This document shows positions 40,133 through 55,330 of a stretch of 64,000 nucleotides of DNA, piece by piece. This DNA is from Tubiluchus corallicola. Taxonomy: Eukaryota; Animalia; Priapulida. The translations under genes and the position numbers were made by a program. The stretch covers positions 124,001 to 188,000 of the forward strand of contig JAQGDQ010002382.1 of NCBI GenBank assembly GCA_030141605.1. Direction: 5' to 3'. Within the stretch, counting starts at the first letter, position 1, and each line of letters begins with the position of its first letter. Under the pieces are notes generated by a model. That model had not been told where the DNA came from. It did not search any database and was given only the letters and a program-made list of their open reading frames with translations.

Positions 40133-40385
40133 ACATAGTGATTTACATAATACATGTTATTGTAGCCTTAGTTCTGCTTAAGAATCACACTTTGCCAATG
40201 AATGCCGCTATCCCTCTATTATTCATAATATCATTGCGATTGCTGTTATGGTTTCTCCTAAAAGCTGTATTTTATTAAAATAAATTCATAACCTCGTACT
40301 ACTCAAATTATTTTATTATAAATTTATAGATGTGTCTGATGTTGTATTCTTTGATGTGTGGAAATAAATTCATAGTCATAATCAT

Positions 40386-40925
<540 letters not shown>

Positions 40926-43334
40926 ATGATAATGGTAATGCTGCTAACGATAAAGATGGCGATGTGGCAGTGGTTAAGATAACGACTGAAATTTATGACA
41001 CTTATTACAAATATCATATCACTTAGTTTAAGGGAATCAAACTGTGCTTAAAGCGAACATTTCCTAAGAAGGGCAGGACTAACCTGCCCCGCTAATGCCC
41101 TATACGGTTTTAAGCAATATAGGATTTTGCGGTTATTGTCTTACGTGATTGCCGAAAAAATTTCTCCTAGGCGGCCTCCCAGGGAACTCGGATTTCAGTG
41201 TTCAATAATCATTTCAACGCAACCTATTACGGCAAATTTCTATCATAATTTCTTAACGTTAAATGATTTATATTTGACATTTTGCGATATAAATCCCAAA
41301 CGACTACACTGACAATAGACGTTCAAAATCACCTTGGATTTTGATTGTAATACAATCTTTGCACAGTAACTTCATATGTTTTTACCCAAAATTGACATTA
41401 GAATATTATAATATAATTTTATCGCTGCAAACTGACAGTATTTAGACACTCCTTCTAGAAGTGAAAATTGCTAGACATCTTTGAGCGAAATATATGAAGA
41501 AGAACAGGTGGAAGAACAAGAAAAAGAACAAAAAATGAAGGAAGAGAAGGAGAAGGAGGGCTGGTCTTATATATGCAACTGAGGAAGCGCAGGGGTAGAT
41601 GGTTACGGTAGAGCCCTCTTCCCTCCTCCCATAGCAAGTAAGTAAGATCTTTATTTACCATAACAAATAATCGTAGCAAATAATTAAGAAACCTAATCAG
41701 TGAATGTTTTAAAAAACATACACTGTTAGAGGCAAATGAGACAATGGAAAAGCTAAACTACACGTACAAATAACAAAACAGAACTTTAAACTTAAAGGAA
41801 GACAGGATGATTTTTCATATACCACCCCATTTTCAAGTCTGATAAAACGTGTACATTTTAACACAATTAATACTGCAAAAGCGTTTCTGATAATTAAATA
41901 ATAGATTAAAAACTTAGATCCCAACTATTGATGACAGACACAAACTAACATAATTTTCAACAACAAAAATATTCGACGAGCGTGTTGCACGTGTTGGCGA
42001 AAGCGAAAATTGAACTGCAGTACTACCGTAAGATATTCAGAATTTCAAATTTACCGTTGTGCTCACGCATGAGCTGTCGAACGTGTGTAGTTCGTCACAA
42101 ACTAACACATCTGAACTGAGAGGTACAGCACCTGTTTTTGTGCAATGCGTTTCTAAAATGCAGGCGCTAGTGCCTCTCTAACTAGCGAATGGCGAAATGC
42201 GTGTAACAGCGAAGAACTAGTATCAAAAATGTGAAATTGTGTTTGTGTTGTAATAACTCTAGTACGTTTCCTTTCAATATTTTAAAGAATAGACTATTTT
42301 GACCTACAGTTTAAGATTGGGTCCGAATTTGCTTTAAACTTTACATATTAACAAACTGACTAAGATCAGGTATTGAATTAAAAATGAGTAGTCCTAGAAA
42401 CACGACCAGAAAGATCTGTTCATGTGGAACATGACTAGTAAATTCCCAACACAAGTGGGAGTCGAACCCAAAACCTTTGAATCAGCACACATAGAAAGAC
42501 GACCACTGCAAATTACTGTAAATAAATTTGATAAATAAAATAAACGAATTTGCAGATAAATACATAGAGCTTACAAAGAACACACTTTTGACTCCTGTTC
42601 GTTTATCTGCCGCCATCTTGTTGCAGACAAAGTTTGCTGGTATATCCCTCCAGTGACCCTGTGTTTCCACAAATTTCCCTTCTTTTTGTGGGAACAGCGG
42701 GAAAAATTGCTATTTAAATTTTGCGGCAATGGCGGCATTTCTATACACATTGATTGAGTTGAAATTTTAAATTATAAATTAATTCATAATTTAAGCGTTT
42801 GTTGATTATTCAGCGGTAGATCAAGAATTACTGGACATTTAAGAGAAATTAAACTTGGCACGATTACTGCGCCATTTTCAGTCATTTTTCCTTTGTAAAT
42901 AATTAGTCTTGTAAACAGAAATTCATCGACGTTTCGTTTCACGTTCAATGTCGCTAAATTTCTGTTAAATTTCTGTTAAAAAGAATAATAATTGCAACTG
43001 AGGTATACATTATGGGTATGCATATGGCCTTATATTTATTTTCTTAATACTAATGCCATTTTGACTTGGAATATTTGCCCATTGGACTATACATTTACTA
43101 ACCTTTTTTTAAATGTTTAGCTTACTAATCCTCTGTTCTTTGTGGAAATATTTATTTTATTTGTCATGCAGTAAATGTCCTAAATAGTGATTTTTAATTA
43201 AGCTTTGTTTATTGCATTTGTTTATTGTTTGTTTGTGGCATTTATTGTAGTATTAAAACACAAGGATTGTCAATAATTACTTTATGAGATCAGATCTATT
43301 AAACTAAGCAAAATGACAAATTTTCTTTTTAACG

Positions 43335-43765
43335 ATGCCAAGAAGCCTACAAAGCATCCACCACCACCATCATCCAATGAATCACACGTCCAGGGACATG
43401 ATTCTGCTCACCTCTCTATGCCAGGTCTCCCTGCTCGCCGCAGTGCCCCAAGTGCATTTATTTCTAAGGATCAATGCTGAAGTGTTTAAATCTTTCTGTG
43501 CAAAATCTAAATATGTTAACATTTGTCCCCTGCAGGTTTTTTAGCTGGTTCTATGGCTTGTTGAAGAGCTATCTTCACTGGAATATCATCAGGTAGTCTA
43601 AACATATGCCCAATCCATCTTAAACGGCGTCTTTTTATTTTTCTTGTCCAAGGTTCTTCTTTTATTTTTTTCATATAGATCTTTGTTTGAAATTTTCTTT
43701 GGCCATCTAATACCCAAAATGTTTCTGTAATTTCGCCTTTGAAACACATCGATTTCAAAATACGG
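43335..43765 (-). mobile_element. RTE-clade LINE 3' fragment
   Basis: FQRRNYRNILGIRWPKKISN (frameshift) KIKRRRLRWIGHMFRLPDDIPVKIAL. Short (GAT/GGT) tail near 43360. Confidence 0.8.
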
Positions 43766-44967
43766 CCACTCTTTCACTGCGCCAAAACAATGGTACAAAT
43801 CTTTTTGATTGCCGAAAGTCACTAAATCACTCACATTCAACTCAATTTATTCACACCTATTGTGAACTGAAATATACGTAAAATAAATAAAAATACATAG
43901 GATGTTTAAAAAATAAAGATATAGTGTTAGTTTCTTGCTTGAAATAGGTTTCAATTGCTTCTATTCGTGTTTCCGGAAGCTTAGTGCGTTTTCATTTCAT
44001 TTGATAAGTAAAAGTATGTAAATATGTTAAAAAAAACTCATTTCTGGTATTTACTGGTTTCGATACAGTAAGTTTATACAGCCAAATTCGCTTGTGCAAT
44101 TGAATAGAATTGATTCACGCGATTTCACGTTGTATATCACGCAATAAAAACTGTTTGTTTTGTCATTTATCTTGTATGTCTGAAATTGTTTCAACAAATT
44201 TTAAATCTCCATCAGAGCATACATTAATCAAAACGTCAAGGACCAATTATAGAAGTATTTACACTCTAAATCATCATCATCATATGCCCATTACGTCTAT
44301 TGTGTCTCTATTGCAGAACTCTAAAATAAAAGAAATCTTCTCTCAAGACAGGTAAACGCAGCAGTAATCAAGCAAAAAACTAGATACTGCTATGCCAGTG
44401 ACTTGTCAGTGATCGAAATAACACAATATGGAATATCTTCAAAATACTGAAATGGAAAAGCTTTATTGATTTGTTACTTTTTGAACGCTCTGCCTTTATC
44501 ACAACTCGATGACTTTAGCCAATCAAAACAAAGTCATTTTCTCATAACTAATAAAAAGAATAAATTCATGTCCAGGACGTTTTGCGCGTCTGAAACGACG
44601 CAGGCAGTTTTGCAAGACGTTTTAATACTTTTCCTCCTTTGAAGTCCGTCTCCTGTGGAATTTATAGTTCGCTTAATTGAGAAGTTGTTTGTATATGGTC
44701 TGCATACTGTAATAAATTTCCTTATTCAACTAAACTCCATGTTAAATTGTTTCGCAATTTCTACTAGCGCAGCATCAAAATAAATTGCGTATATTTTTTG
44801 CACGTACAATAATTCAAGAGAGTTGCAGCGTCGTTATATTTCTGCATGAGGAATTCATCTAAACAGATAAGTATTAGAACGCAATTTATGCGGTGAAATT
44901 GTTTACATCTTATAACTTTAATCGTCGTCGCCATCGCCGCCACAAGAGATGCCAAAGAAGAGCGCAC

Positions 44968-45345
44968 AAAGGGGAAGAAAGGGGAATTTTGAAGTATATC
45001 TCAAAGAACTTTCCACATAAAGTTTTATAACTTAGCATTACACTTACCTGTTTGAAACATTTATTATGTAACTAGAAAAGAGAAAAACTAGAAAATAATT
45101 TAAAATGTTCGCGCCAACTGGTAAAACGTCACTCCAGTGTGTATCGCTGATTCACTAGAAACGCATTACAGATTTTATTAGCAAGATAAAGTAATTTATA
45201 CTTTAGCTTAGTTAGCAAAGAATATGTTACAAATGGCTAGATTATTTTTACAAACTTCACGCAGTGTTATCTAAACCTGTTTCAAATGACTTTTTTTAAA
45301 TGGGTGTTTATATTTACAAGTTTTACTAAGCGTTACTGCTAACAC
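44968..45345 (+). mobile_element. Arm of the Kolobok-like repeat family, forward orientation, in GPCR intron 1
   Basis: AAGGGGAAGAAA...ATGTAACTAGAAAAG...GTTATCTAAACCTGTTTCAAATGAC aligns with 22187-22580. Confidence 0.75.
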
Positions 45346-45606
45346 TTAGTAATTTCTTCTTCTCCCTTCCTTCTTCCTATCCCTAATCTTACTATTTTTT
45401 CCATTCCATCATGTCTACTAACCCTAACCATTCTTTCGTTCACTCATTTGTGCCACCTTAACAAGCCAAGCTTTCAAGGTGTCATACGGCAACTCTTTTA
45501 TTTGGTTAATTTGACTTCATCAACGCTTTTTTACCTATACTGTTTCTTTTTGTTTCAATAATATTGCATGTTGATGTATTGTATATGTATTGCTGGAGTG
45601 AAATAA

Positions 45607-45712
<106 letters not shown>

Positions 45713-46381
45713 CACAAGCTCTGTTTACAATAATATAGCATGTAGGTGATACAAAATTACAAGACTAATTCTTTAACCTTTATTTCTGAAAAGTGTTTTC
45801 TTATGCTTTAAATAACCGTTTCCAACGTTTGACCGCACGCTAAGCATGACAGGTTTGATGAAACGTAAGGCTTCCGCCAAGGTATAAAATTTAAGAAAAT
45901 TAATCATCACTGAAAACCAATTCGACTAAAGGTTCTAAAATTTTATTAAAACTGATGAGATGTTGAACTAATTGAAAAAGGGGAACACATATAAATGTTC
46001 ACCGCTATCTAATAGACTTCTGAAACAACTAAAAACTTCACAAGCTTCCCTGTTACGGGCGTCACGTGACAGTCTGTACTTGTTACTTGCATGATATGAT
46101 GACGTTCACGGTGACATTCGTCGACAAGCACTGAACCGAACGTGTGCTTACAGACATCCCATAACTAAAGCCCTGAGGAGCTCGCAAATTCTGAATTAAA
46201 GTATATATACGTATTTGGCAGGAAAACGAAAAATTTTTGCAAACTATAAACCGCATTCAGTGAATTTGCAAAATACTGCAGCTTTCTTTGATACTTATTT
46301 AAGACCCATCAGACTTTCTGTTTTCATTATATATTTATTTATTTATTTATTCATTCACTCATTTATTTATTTATTTATCGG

Positions 46382-46531
<150 letters not shown>

Positions 46532-46654
46532 CATACATTCATTCATTCATTCACTCAGTCACTCATTCATTCATTTACATTTGTTTATTTATTTACTATT
46601 TTATTTATACTTTTAAACTAGTTTCCGAAGCTGGCAGGTCTTTCAAAAGAATAA

Positions 46655-46925
46655 ACAGAAATAGCTCAATCGGCTGCAAGCTGTTTTTCCATGTCGAAGG
46701 TTGCCGGTTCAATTCCGCGTTTAGCAGTTAGCTTAAAGCAGTTAGAAATAAAAACAATGTTTACTGGAACTTTCTTCATGTATTGAACAAACAGGGTCAA
46801 GTTTCTGCAACACAGAAAAAAGGTTAACTCCACCCAGCGAATATAACGACGCATATATGCTTCACCCAGGTATATCAGCCCGTCGGCTACATAGTGAGAC
46901 GGGGAGATGGAGACATTAACCCAGA
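46655..46925 (+). mobile_element. tRNA-derived SINE
   Basis: TAGCTCAATCGG A-box and GGTTCAATTCC B-box, followed by a non-tRNA body. Confidence 0.55.
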
Positions 46926-48033
46926 CAATCTAGAACCTGTAGTTGCTCAATGGCTGGAACCATGTACTCTGTGTGTGTCATATAATCGCTCATCTTAGAC
47001 AACTACCTAAATATTCTGACATCGACACATCATCGCTGACATCAATATTAGCACATAATGATACCGCTAAACAAGTGGAAAATGTACATAGATGTTCGTT
47101 GTTATTTAGTTTAAAAATAATTTATTATAGGATTGGATCAGACAGTTTGAACAACATTATTTAGGATCCTCATCACAACAGACTTTATACACTATTTACA
47201 AAAACATTTACAGTAAGAATAGACTATAACTACACAAGCTGACAAGTTTTACTACAAGATTACATTAGACATTAGTAGAAAATGACGGTTAGAAAATATT
47301 AATGTACGAATATTTAAGACTGATGCATTTCATATCAGATAGAAACTACTGGAAGCGTTTAGTACGTAATATAAAGTCATGTAGGCATTGGAATATTGTA
47401 CAGTTAGCAACATAGTTAAGTTCATCTTTTCCGAATAATAACAATTTCAACAGATCATTAGTTCCTAAGGCAGCTATATTAAGGTTGTCGGGCAGAAGTT
47501 GCTATTTCAGCGAATGCCTTTGTATATTTAGACATACGAAAACTATTTTGCATTACTATTGTATAATATTGCTGCGTATAATAGTACTTGCATTTTGCTA
47601 AAAGTGTTTTTTAATATGCACCCAGTTTGCATTTACGTGACGTCACTGATGTAGCAGTAAGGAACATGCCTTGTTACGAACTTCTTACAGCTACCTTGCA
47701 ATTTGTAATTTTATTATAATTTTGTTGGTCAATAAATTACATACATACGTAGGTAAGTGACGCCCGCAGCATTTTTGATACGCCACAAATTGCGTAACGT
47801 GCAATTTGCGCATGTACATTAAGTGCATTACTAAAATAACGCAAATGGATTATAAGGTAATTTCGATGCCATTTATGGCAAAACAGAAAGCCTATGCTTG
47901 CGGCAGGCTAGTGTTAACAATTTTGAAGTAATTCGACGTAAAATTTTAACATTTATGAAAATGTCGGTCTAATTAACTTAATTTATACAAGCGAACAAAA
48001 ACATAACTTGAGGAAATGAGTTAAAGTGTTAAT

Positions 48034-48258
<225 letters not shown>

Positions 48259-51200
48259 ACTTTTAAAACAGCAATCCGTTTTCAAAACACAAAAATTAAA
48301 AACAAAATCACAATTATTGTACATTAAGTTGTTTGTCTTTAAAACATTTGAAAGATCACGTTTCGTAAACAACAACACTGCGCATTACAGTCAAACTACA
48401 CTGAATTAAACTAGACGCATCGACGCATGCACACTGCCATCTGTTTGAATACGTAATTTCGCGTGCAATTTAGATTTTGTTTTGGAAGATTTTGCAAAAA
48501 AAGTTTCTAAAATATTGCTAAATTAAACGCCTCTGGGTCTGTTTTTGCCAGCGCAGACTCAAGGTCTTAAAATGGCTGGCTTAAAATGTGACTAGGACAA
48601 GAACAAACTAATTGGCAAAACTTGAAAAGGTTGGGCAACTAAACTTACACAGCTTATAACACTCAAGGGAAATAAAAATTTTGGAGGGATGCTCGGTGAC
48701 CTATGGTGGGTCAGTCAGGGTGGTAGTTGTTGGCTGCTTAAACTACAGGTGTTTGAAACTGAGTTACATAATAAAGTGTGTAGAGATTTAATACACGCCT
48801 CTAAATTGGTCACTCCAAGTGAGTGGGCGCGGCTGACAGAAGCCAAAATGTAAAATAAGGAGTCACAGGTTCGATGACCTGTTAAGAAATTACCAGCAGC
48901 CAAATTTTTGTTTTACAAAGTAGATACCTGAGGGCATTCTTATAGTAAACAGAGATTCTATCGAATAACGTTTAGAATTCAATAAGTAATTAAACAATGT
49001 TCAAGTCAGTTGACGGAGAAAGAAAAAACTTCAGAGACATTATACTGGGAGCCGACTAGGGCACAGATCCTAAATTTTAGACTAAGCTTTTCAACATGTC
49101 TGTGAGCAGAATCCGCCAGTCTTATTTAAACGAACCAACTGAGATTGCACCAGCAAATGGTGCATTATTACATATGTACCAGCGAAATTACATGTTCTCT
49201 TAGCAGAATTAGCCAGTTTTATTTAAAAGAACCAACCGAAATGCACCGACAAATTTGCAAAACATGCCGACACAAGAAAATGGGTTAACAGAAAAGACAT
49301 TTTTGACGTAAGCATACAGCTCGAAGACTTTGGGAGTCTGGAAAAGAGTTTCATAACCTATATTGGATAACTTATAAATCATATTCCTGGTGGCAATTGC
49401 CCGAAATGATACGTTGACGGTCGGTAATTTGGACAATACAAACGTCAAATATAATAAAAATGAAGTGGATAAATACATCAAAGTTTTATGGAGTAGAAAA
49501 ATACAACATGTAAACCAGTAGACCGGTAATCCGCAAGAGATAATTCCTGTGTGGCTTAGAAAATAATGACATTCGGACCATTTACAGAAAGAGAGACACT
49601 AATGTATATAGATATTGTAAAAGAACTAACCCAAAATGATCTTATAGTAAACTGATTATACAGGATACTGTGTTATATACGAATGACATTAGCTTAACAT
49701 TATTTATGTATGTAGAAGCTACAACATATACTATTTGTACATACAGTATAACATGTATAAACAATGTACGCAATTATTAGATATATAATTAGAATTAATA
49801 AATCATAATGCAGTATTGTTAGCTTGTTTAGTAAGAAATTGTAACTGTGAAGAATTTAATGTAAAAATTTATTCAATGTACATAATGTAAAGATTCATTT
49901 AACATTTTTGTACTTATGTGCCCTGCAAATAGCGGGCTTATTGTATCATTTTCAATAAAGATTTTTAATAATAATAATAATAACAATAATAATAATTCCT
50001 GGTGGGGGACACTTTCAGCAGGTCAACCAGCAACTTTTAGTTTGTGATTAAAAGTCAAAGGCCAATTCGCAAAATTACATCTCAAACACTAGAGGAATAA
50101 AGTTCAAAACTTAATAGTATTAAGCAACAGATTAGTGTGAGGACAGATTATAGAAGGAATCCCCGGCAGCACTGAATGTGTGATTGAGTTCAAAAGCTAA
50201 TTTCTCAACTGACAAATAGCTTAAACAGTAACGAAAACTCAACATGTGGAATAAAAGCAAGCCAATTAATAAGTAAATTGACGCGACGAAAATGTTAACG
50301 CCCTTCACTTGCAAGCCTTTGAGTTTCGTACAGTCTATCTGTGACGCTGCAGGACAGTGTCTTGCAACCCAGATCTATTTACTTCATTATTACCTGAACA
50401 AAATGTCGCAGGTTGTATTTAAGTACAGTGATCGGAAACATGCATTGCCGAATTTTGATGATTAATCGCTAAAATAATTTTTGCTTGAATTAACGACTAT
50501 GAATCCACTATGAGCTCATTGATTTGCCCTCACTGCCCCAAGTTTTTTTTAAATCAATTTGTGAAACGCAATGCTTCCTCGCTTTCCAGGTGCTAAACTC
50601 TGACCGTATAACAGACGTACAAACAAAGTCTTTTTCAACATTTTATTCGCGAAATATCACAATTACAACTTACGGGCAAAGGCTCGTGTTGCACAAGCTA
50701 AAGTTTTTAATCCTTTGGAGCTTAACGACACCACATTATTCAAAACTTAATAATGTTATTGAGCGCATAGCTGTGTTGTTTGAATACAATAGTATAGCAC
50801 TATTACTCTTCCCTCCATTTTGCAAAAAAATCTTTGAGAGGCACAATAAATGCAAGTTTAAAGCAGCGCAGAAAACATTTTTTAAATTTAAGCTCAAATG
50901 AGTCTGCTGTAATTGGCGTAAATTTAGCGTAAAATTGCTGAGATACATAATTACGGCACACGTTATAGACTGAACTATCACTACATACAGTGCAACACTA
51001 ATGTTAGAAAATTTTCTATTAAATACAATGGAATTCAATTGCTCCAGCTATTAAAAATGCCAACTCGCTGCCCATATTTAAAAAAATTTATAAATTAAAC
51101 TTACTTGAAACGTATAACTGATCACTCAATCATGATTTGTTGTTTTTCATTTTCAAAAACTTCCCCTCTAGTATAATAATATTTTTATTACTTCCCACCC

Positions 51201-52002
51201 GTATTTATATTTGTATATATTGTAATATTGTATCTGTATATATTGTAATTTTTTCGTAACTAATTCTAGTGGCCTACCATAAGCTAGCTTCTTAGGTCTC
51301 TAGCGCAGAATTCATGAATTGTATCATAAGTTTGTATTAACAAAAACTGATTATCGATGCACATGTAATGTATATGTATATGTTTATTGCGAAATAAATC
51401 TATTAAATCTAAAAAAAATCTGACCAGTTGCATTTTATCTGTGTTTTATCACATACGCGTGTGCATTGTTAAGTACGTATGAGATACCCGTGACGACCGC
51501 CAAAACGAACACAGCTTGTTTCACCTGCACAAAGCTTTTCATTATGGCATGGTATTTTAAATATGGTCTGGTTATCAGTAATATCTACATTTGGCACCCA
51601 ATCATGTGTTTCGTTCAGTCAGTGCTGCTTTAAATCTAGGAAGCCACAACAACAACGGAGCAATAATCATTTAACTAACCGAAGTCTAATACATTCTGAA
51701 ATGTAGCAGTTTAACTGCTGCCAGCGTTTAACCTTTTCCAAACTTAAATCATTTAATCCAGGCCATTATCCCGGGCCACAAATTTCCATCTTTATTGCTC
51801 GCCGCATAATAACCGCCTAACACCTCACGACAATTTATGTAAAATATAAGCCGGTGCCGACATTTCCGTTTGTGAGCACTATGCTGTGTTTTGTTGCTAT
51901 GCTGTAATGGCTGATGCAGTCTGTTCAGCTTGAGAAGGGGGATTGGGGAGCAGTGAAAGACAGAGACAGAGAAAGAGACGGAGAGACGGAGAGGTAGAGA
52001 GA

Positions 52003-52192
<190 letters not shown>

Positions 52193-52277
52193 AAAAGCAG
52201 ATATACCATTTTGTTTTCACAATAACACGTATAAAATAGACTAAACATGACCCATAAGTCCGAAGCGGTGTTTTATC

Positions 52278-52554
52278 CAGTGCCGTATTCACACTTGGTG
52301 AGGATATAAGCACTATATAAGGCTCTGAGGCCCTCTTTTTTTAAATTTCGCCAATTGGTCCCAGAAAACTTGAAAATATGCGTGGCTTAATTATTTATAG
52401 CAAAGAGAACAATACACTTGACTAAAACATTACTAAATTATTACTTAAATATAAAAATGGGTATAAAACCCAATCTGGAACCTTGTTGAGGCCCCATGTA
52501 GATTGTGAGGCCCTAAGCTGTCGCTTACTCAGCTGATACCTAAACCCGGCGCAG
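52278..52554. mobile_element. hAT-like MITE
   Basis: Perfect 8-bp TSD GTTTTATC (52270-52277 / 52555-52562). Imperfect TIR CAGTGCCGTATTCA / TAAACCCGGCGCAG. Subterminal GAGGCCC motifs. Confidence 0.75.
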
Positions 52555-54956
52555 GTTTTATCTTAGTCAGGCAAGTGATTAGTACGCATTCAACAAACGT
52601 GGGTGAATGCTAAGTTTGATCCCCTTGTGTTACATAACAGGAAATAAAAGTTTTGCTTATGAAATTTTTACAAATTACAGCAGGGTTCCAGAATTGGTCA
52701 GCTTCGACTTTAGAGGTCAAACAGATCATTCGGGAGGTCTAAAGTAGGTTTAAAAGAGGGTCGAAAACTGACATTCGTATAGAAAATAAAAATACATAAA
52801 ATACTAAGATAAAATATAATTTGTTTATACATTAATGCCTAACTCATATATAATCATAATTCATAAGTCTTGATTATCTATTTATTTTATATTCAGTTTG
52901 CTAGTACACAATGATATCCATATTATGTTGTTATTATTATGGTAATAATTTATGATTAATTGGAACCAAAAGGCAATGGACCGTTATAGTACCAATGTTT
53001 CTATATTTGGATAAATTGACTTACATTTTCTTTCCCTTTATCGTGTTCTATTATTTAAAAGACTCGATGTAATCATCATCAACACTGAAATCTTTTGATA
53101 TTTGAAATTTTTTTAGTTCATTTTACTTCAAAACTGGGTTGTGGCAACGTTAGATAGAGTGTCCCGGGCTTCCTAGTTACTTCATTTCCTGTCCTATTCA
53201 CTTACGTCATTTCCTAGTTACGTCACTTCCTGTCCTACTCACTTACGCCAGATTTCATGAGGAGGTCGGTGGTTTAAAGAGTTTGGTTTTCTAAACTACA
53301 GGCTGCCAGTGAGTTGACTATTTCAAATACATCGCTTTATATGAAGTCAGATGTCATTTGAAGATCACTGATGACAATTGGATATATTCACAAAATTAGC
53401 AGCAAGCTTGTAAAAAATTCTCAAGAATTATGAAAAAAAATTTGGTCTATCATCCAGCATGGAAGCAGGCATGCGCTATTTTTCTTGCGCTTGTAGTATT
53501 AGTCAGTCCAACACTCGCATTTGTATTAGGATTCATAATGATGAAATTTGAGAAAAGCAATATATGTAAAGTACACACAAATGAAACTTTGATGAAAATG
53601 CTGATAGGAGTAATATTATATGAAAGTCTAACGTCCGCGAGTCTACTTAGGGACACCCAATTGCCCTTGGACAGTTTCATAAAGCAAAATATATCGTTTA
53701 ACTGCAGGCAGCGGTTTTACGCATTATTAACTTTCTCCTCCTTCTCTGCTTTCTCCTCTTCTTCTGTGTCTCTTTTAAGGGCGTATAAACATAGTCAAAC
53801 TCCAAGTGTTCAGCAGAACTCGGGAAACTTTTGATTGGCCCCTAAAGTGGTATTTTTGTACGGTAATTTAGTTATTTGCTCAAAATATACAGAAAAATTT
53901 ACGCACGAAAAGAACATACGTACAAAACATATTCTGTATCTAAGTCAACATTTTTATTACGCTAGGTCTAACAACAGACAGCGAGTGCAAGTCTCCCCTT
54001 GGTGCTGCGGGCTGCCGTATCGGCTTTTAGTTATCCATATGCAACGGAATATTTTTCTGTTTCAAGACAAGTTTATACAGTTTCAAGACAAACTTTTATT
54101 GCTTGGAAACAGTTTGTACTTTGGAAGTTTAGAAGTGGGACTTTGCTTGCTTTGTTAAATTTAAGTTTGTTCTGAAATTAAATGTTTGTAGTGGATTAGC
54201 GTGCCCTCGTAAGACAAGGACAACATTTATTTGCTGTCGCTTGTTTAATAGACAACACTTGCACTAACAGTTATTTAGCGGCTTATACTTAAAACAATAT
54301 GGATAAGGACACTTAAACACGAATATGTAGGGTATGTGCCCTGACATTGGTAGCCGGTAGTCTCGAACTCAAGACTGCATGTCCGAAATCTAGACCAGTC
54401 GGCCAACCAACCCAAGACAATGCTGCTACGTCAATTATTACTTCGGGTCTTCCTTAAATTTTTTCCAACTTCTAATTTCTGAACACTCCGTTCAAGACTA
54501 GAATAATCTCCTCTCGATAAGAAGTTGACCAACAAGCACTTTCCACGATTTTTCGGGCGCCATAATTCAGTAAGCTCGCAAGACCATAAAAAACTTTTAG
54601 CGTCAAGTTTCAGCTTCTGTTTGCAAACAATATTATTTCTGAAAAATTGTATTCATCTTATTTAATCTTGCATAATCCTCGACAAATTTCGTTGAGCCAC
54701 TTCATAAAATAATCCTTGCTAAATCCGCCGATATTCTTTCACGGCGATCAACAGCAATCTTTCTGTCGTCATTAGTGGGTTCTTACTGCACAATAACTTT
54801 TTCATAGCGGATTATCAGAATGAATGTGATTGGAGCTTCCTCTGATTAGCAAAGGGAAGTCTTCCATTCTTTATGAGTGTTTGTTGTCGTGCAATCATTG
54901 ACTACTGCAGAGATTATGCAAAGAAAACTTAGCCTGGTGGATAAGAGTAGAATTTA

Positions 54957-55330
54957 TCATCATCATCATCATCATCATCTACATCATCATCATCATCATC
55001 ACCATCACCATCATCATCATCATCATCACCATCATTGTCATCGTCACCATCGTCGTCGTCATCGTCGTTTTCATCATCATCATCAACAACATCACCATCA
55101 TCATTACATCGTCGTCGTCATCGTCGTTTTCATTATCATTATCATTGTCGTCGTCGTCGTCATCATCATCATCATCCTCATCACCATTATCGTCATGATC
55201 ATGATCATGATGATGATCATCATCACCATCATTGTCATCGTCATCATCGTCGTCGTCATCGTCGTTTTCATCATCATCATCGTCATCATCATCATCATCA
55301 ACATCACCATCACCATTACATCGTCATCGT
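54957..55330. repeat. (CAT/CGT)n imperfect microsatellite
   Basis: Directly visible. Confidence 0.9.

Noticed and set aside
53430-54158. Two adjacent + strand ORFs (134 and 107 aa) as a gene or transposase
   Set aside because: No recognisable motif or splice structure. Possibly a decayed DNA transposon, but unsupported.
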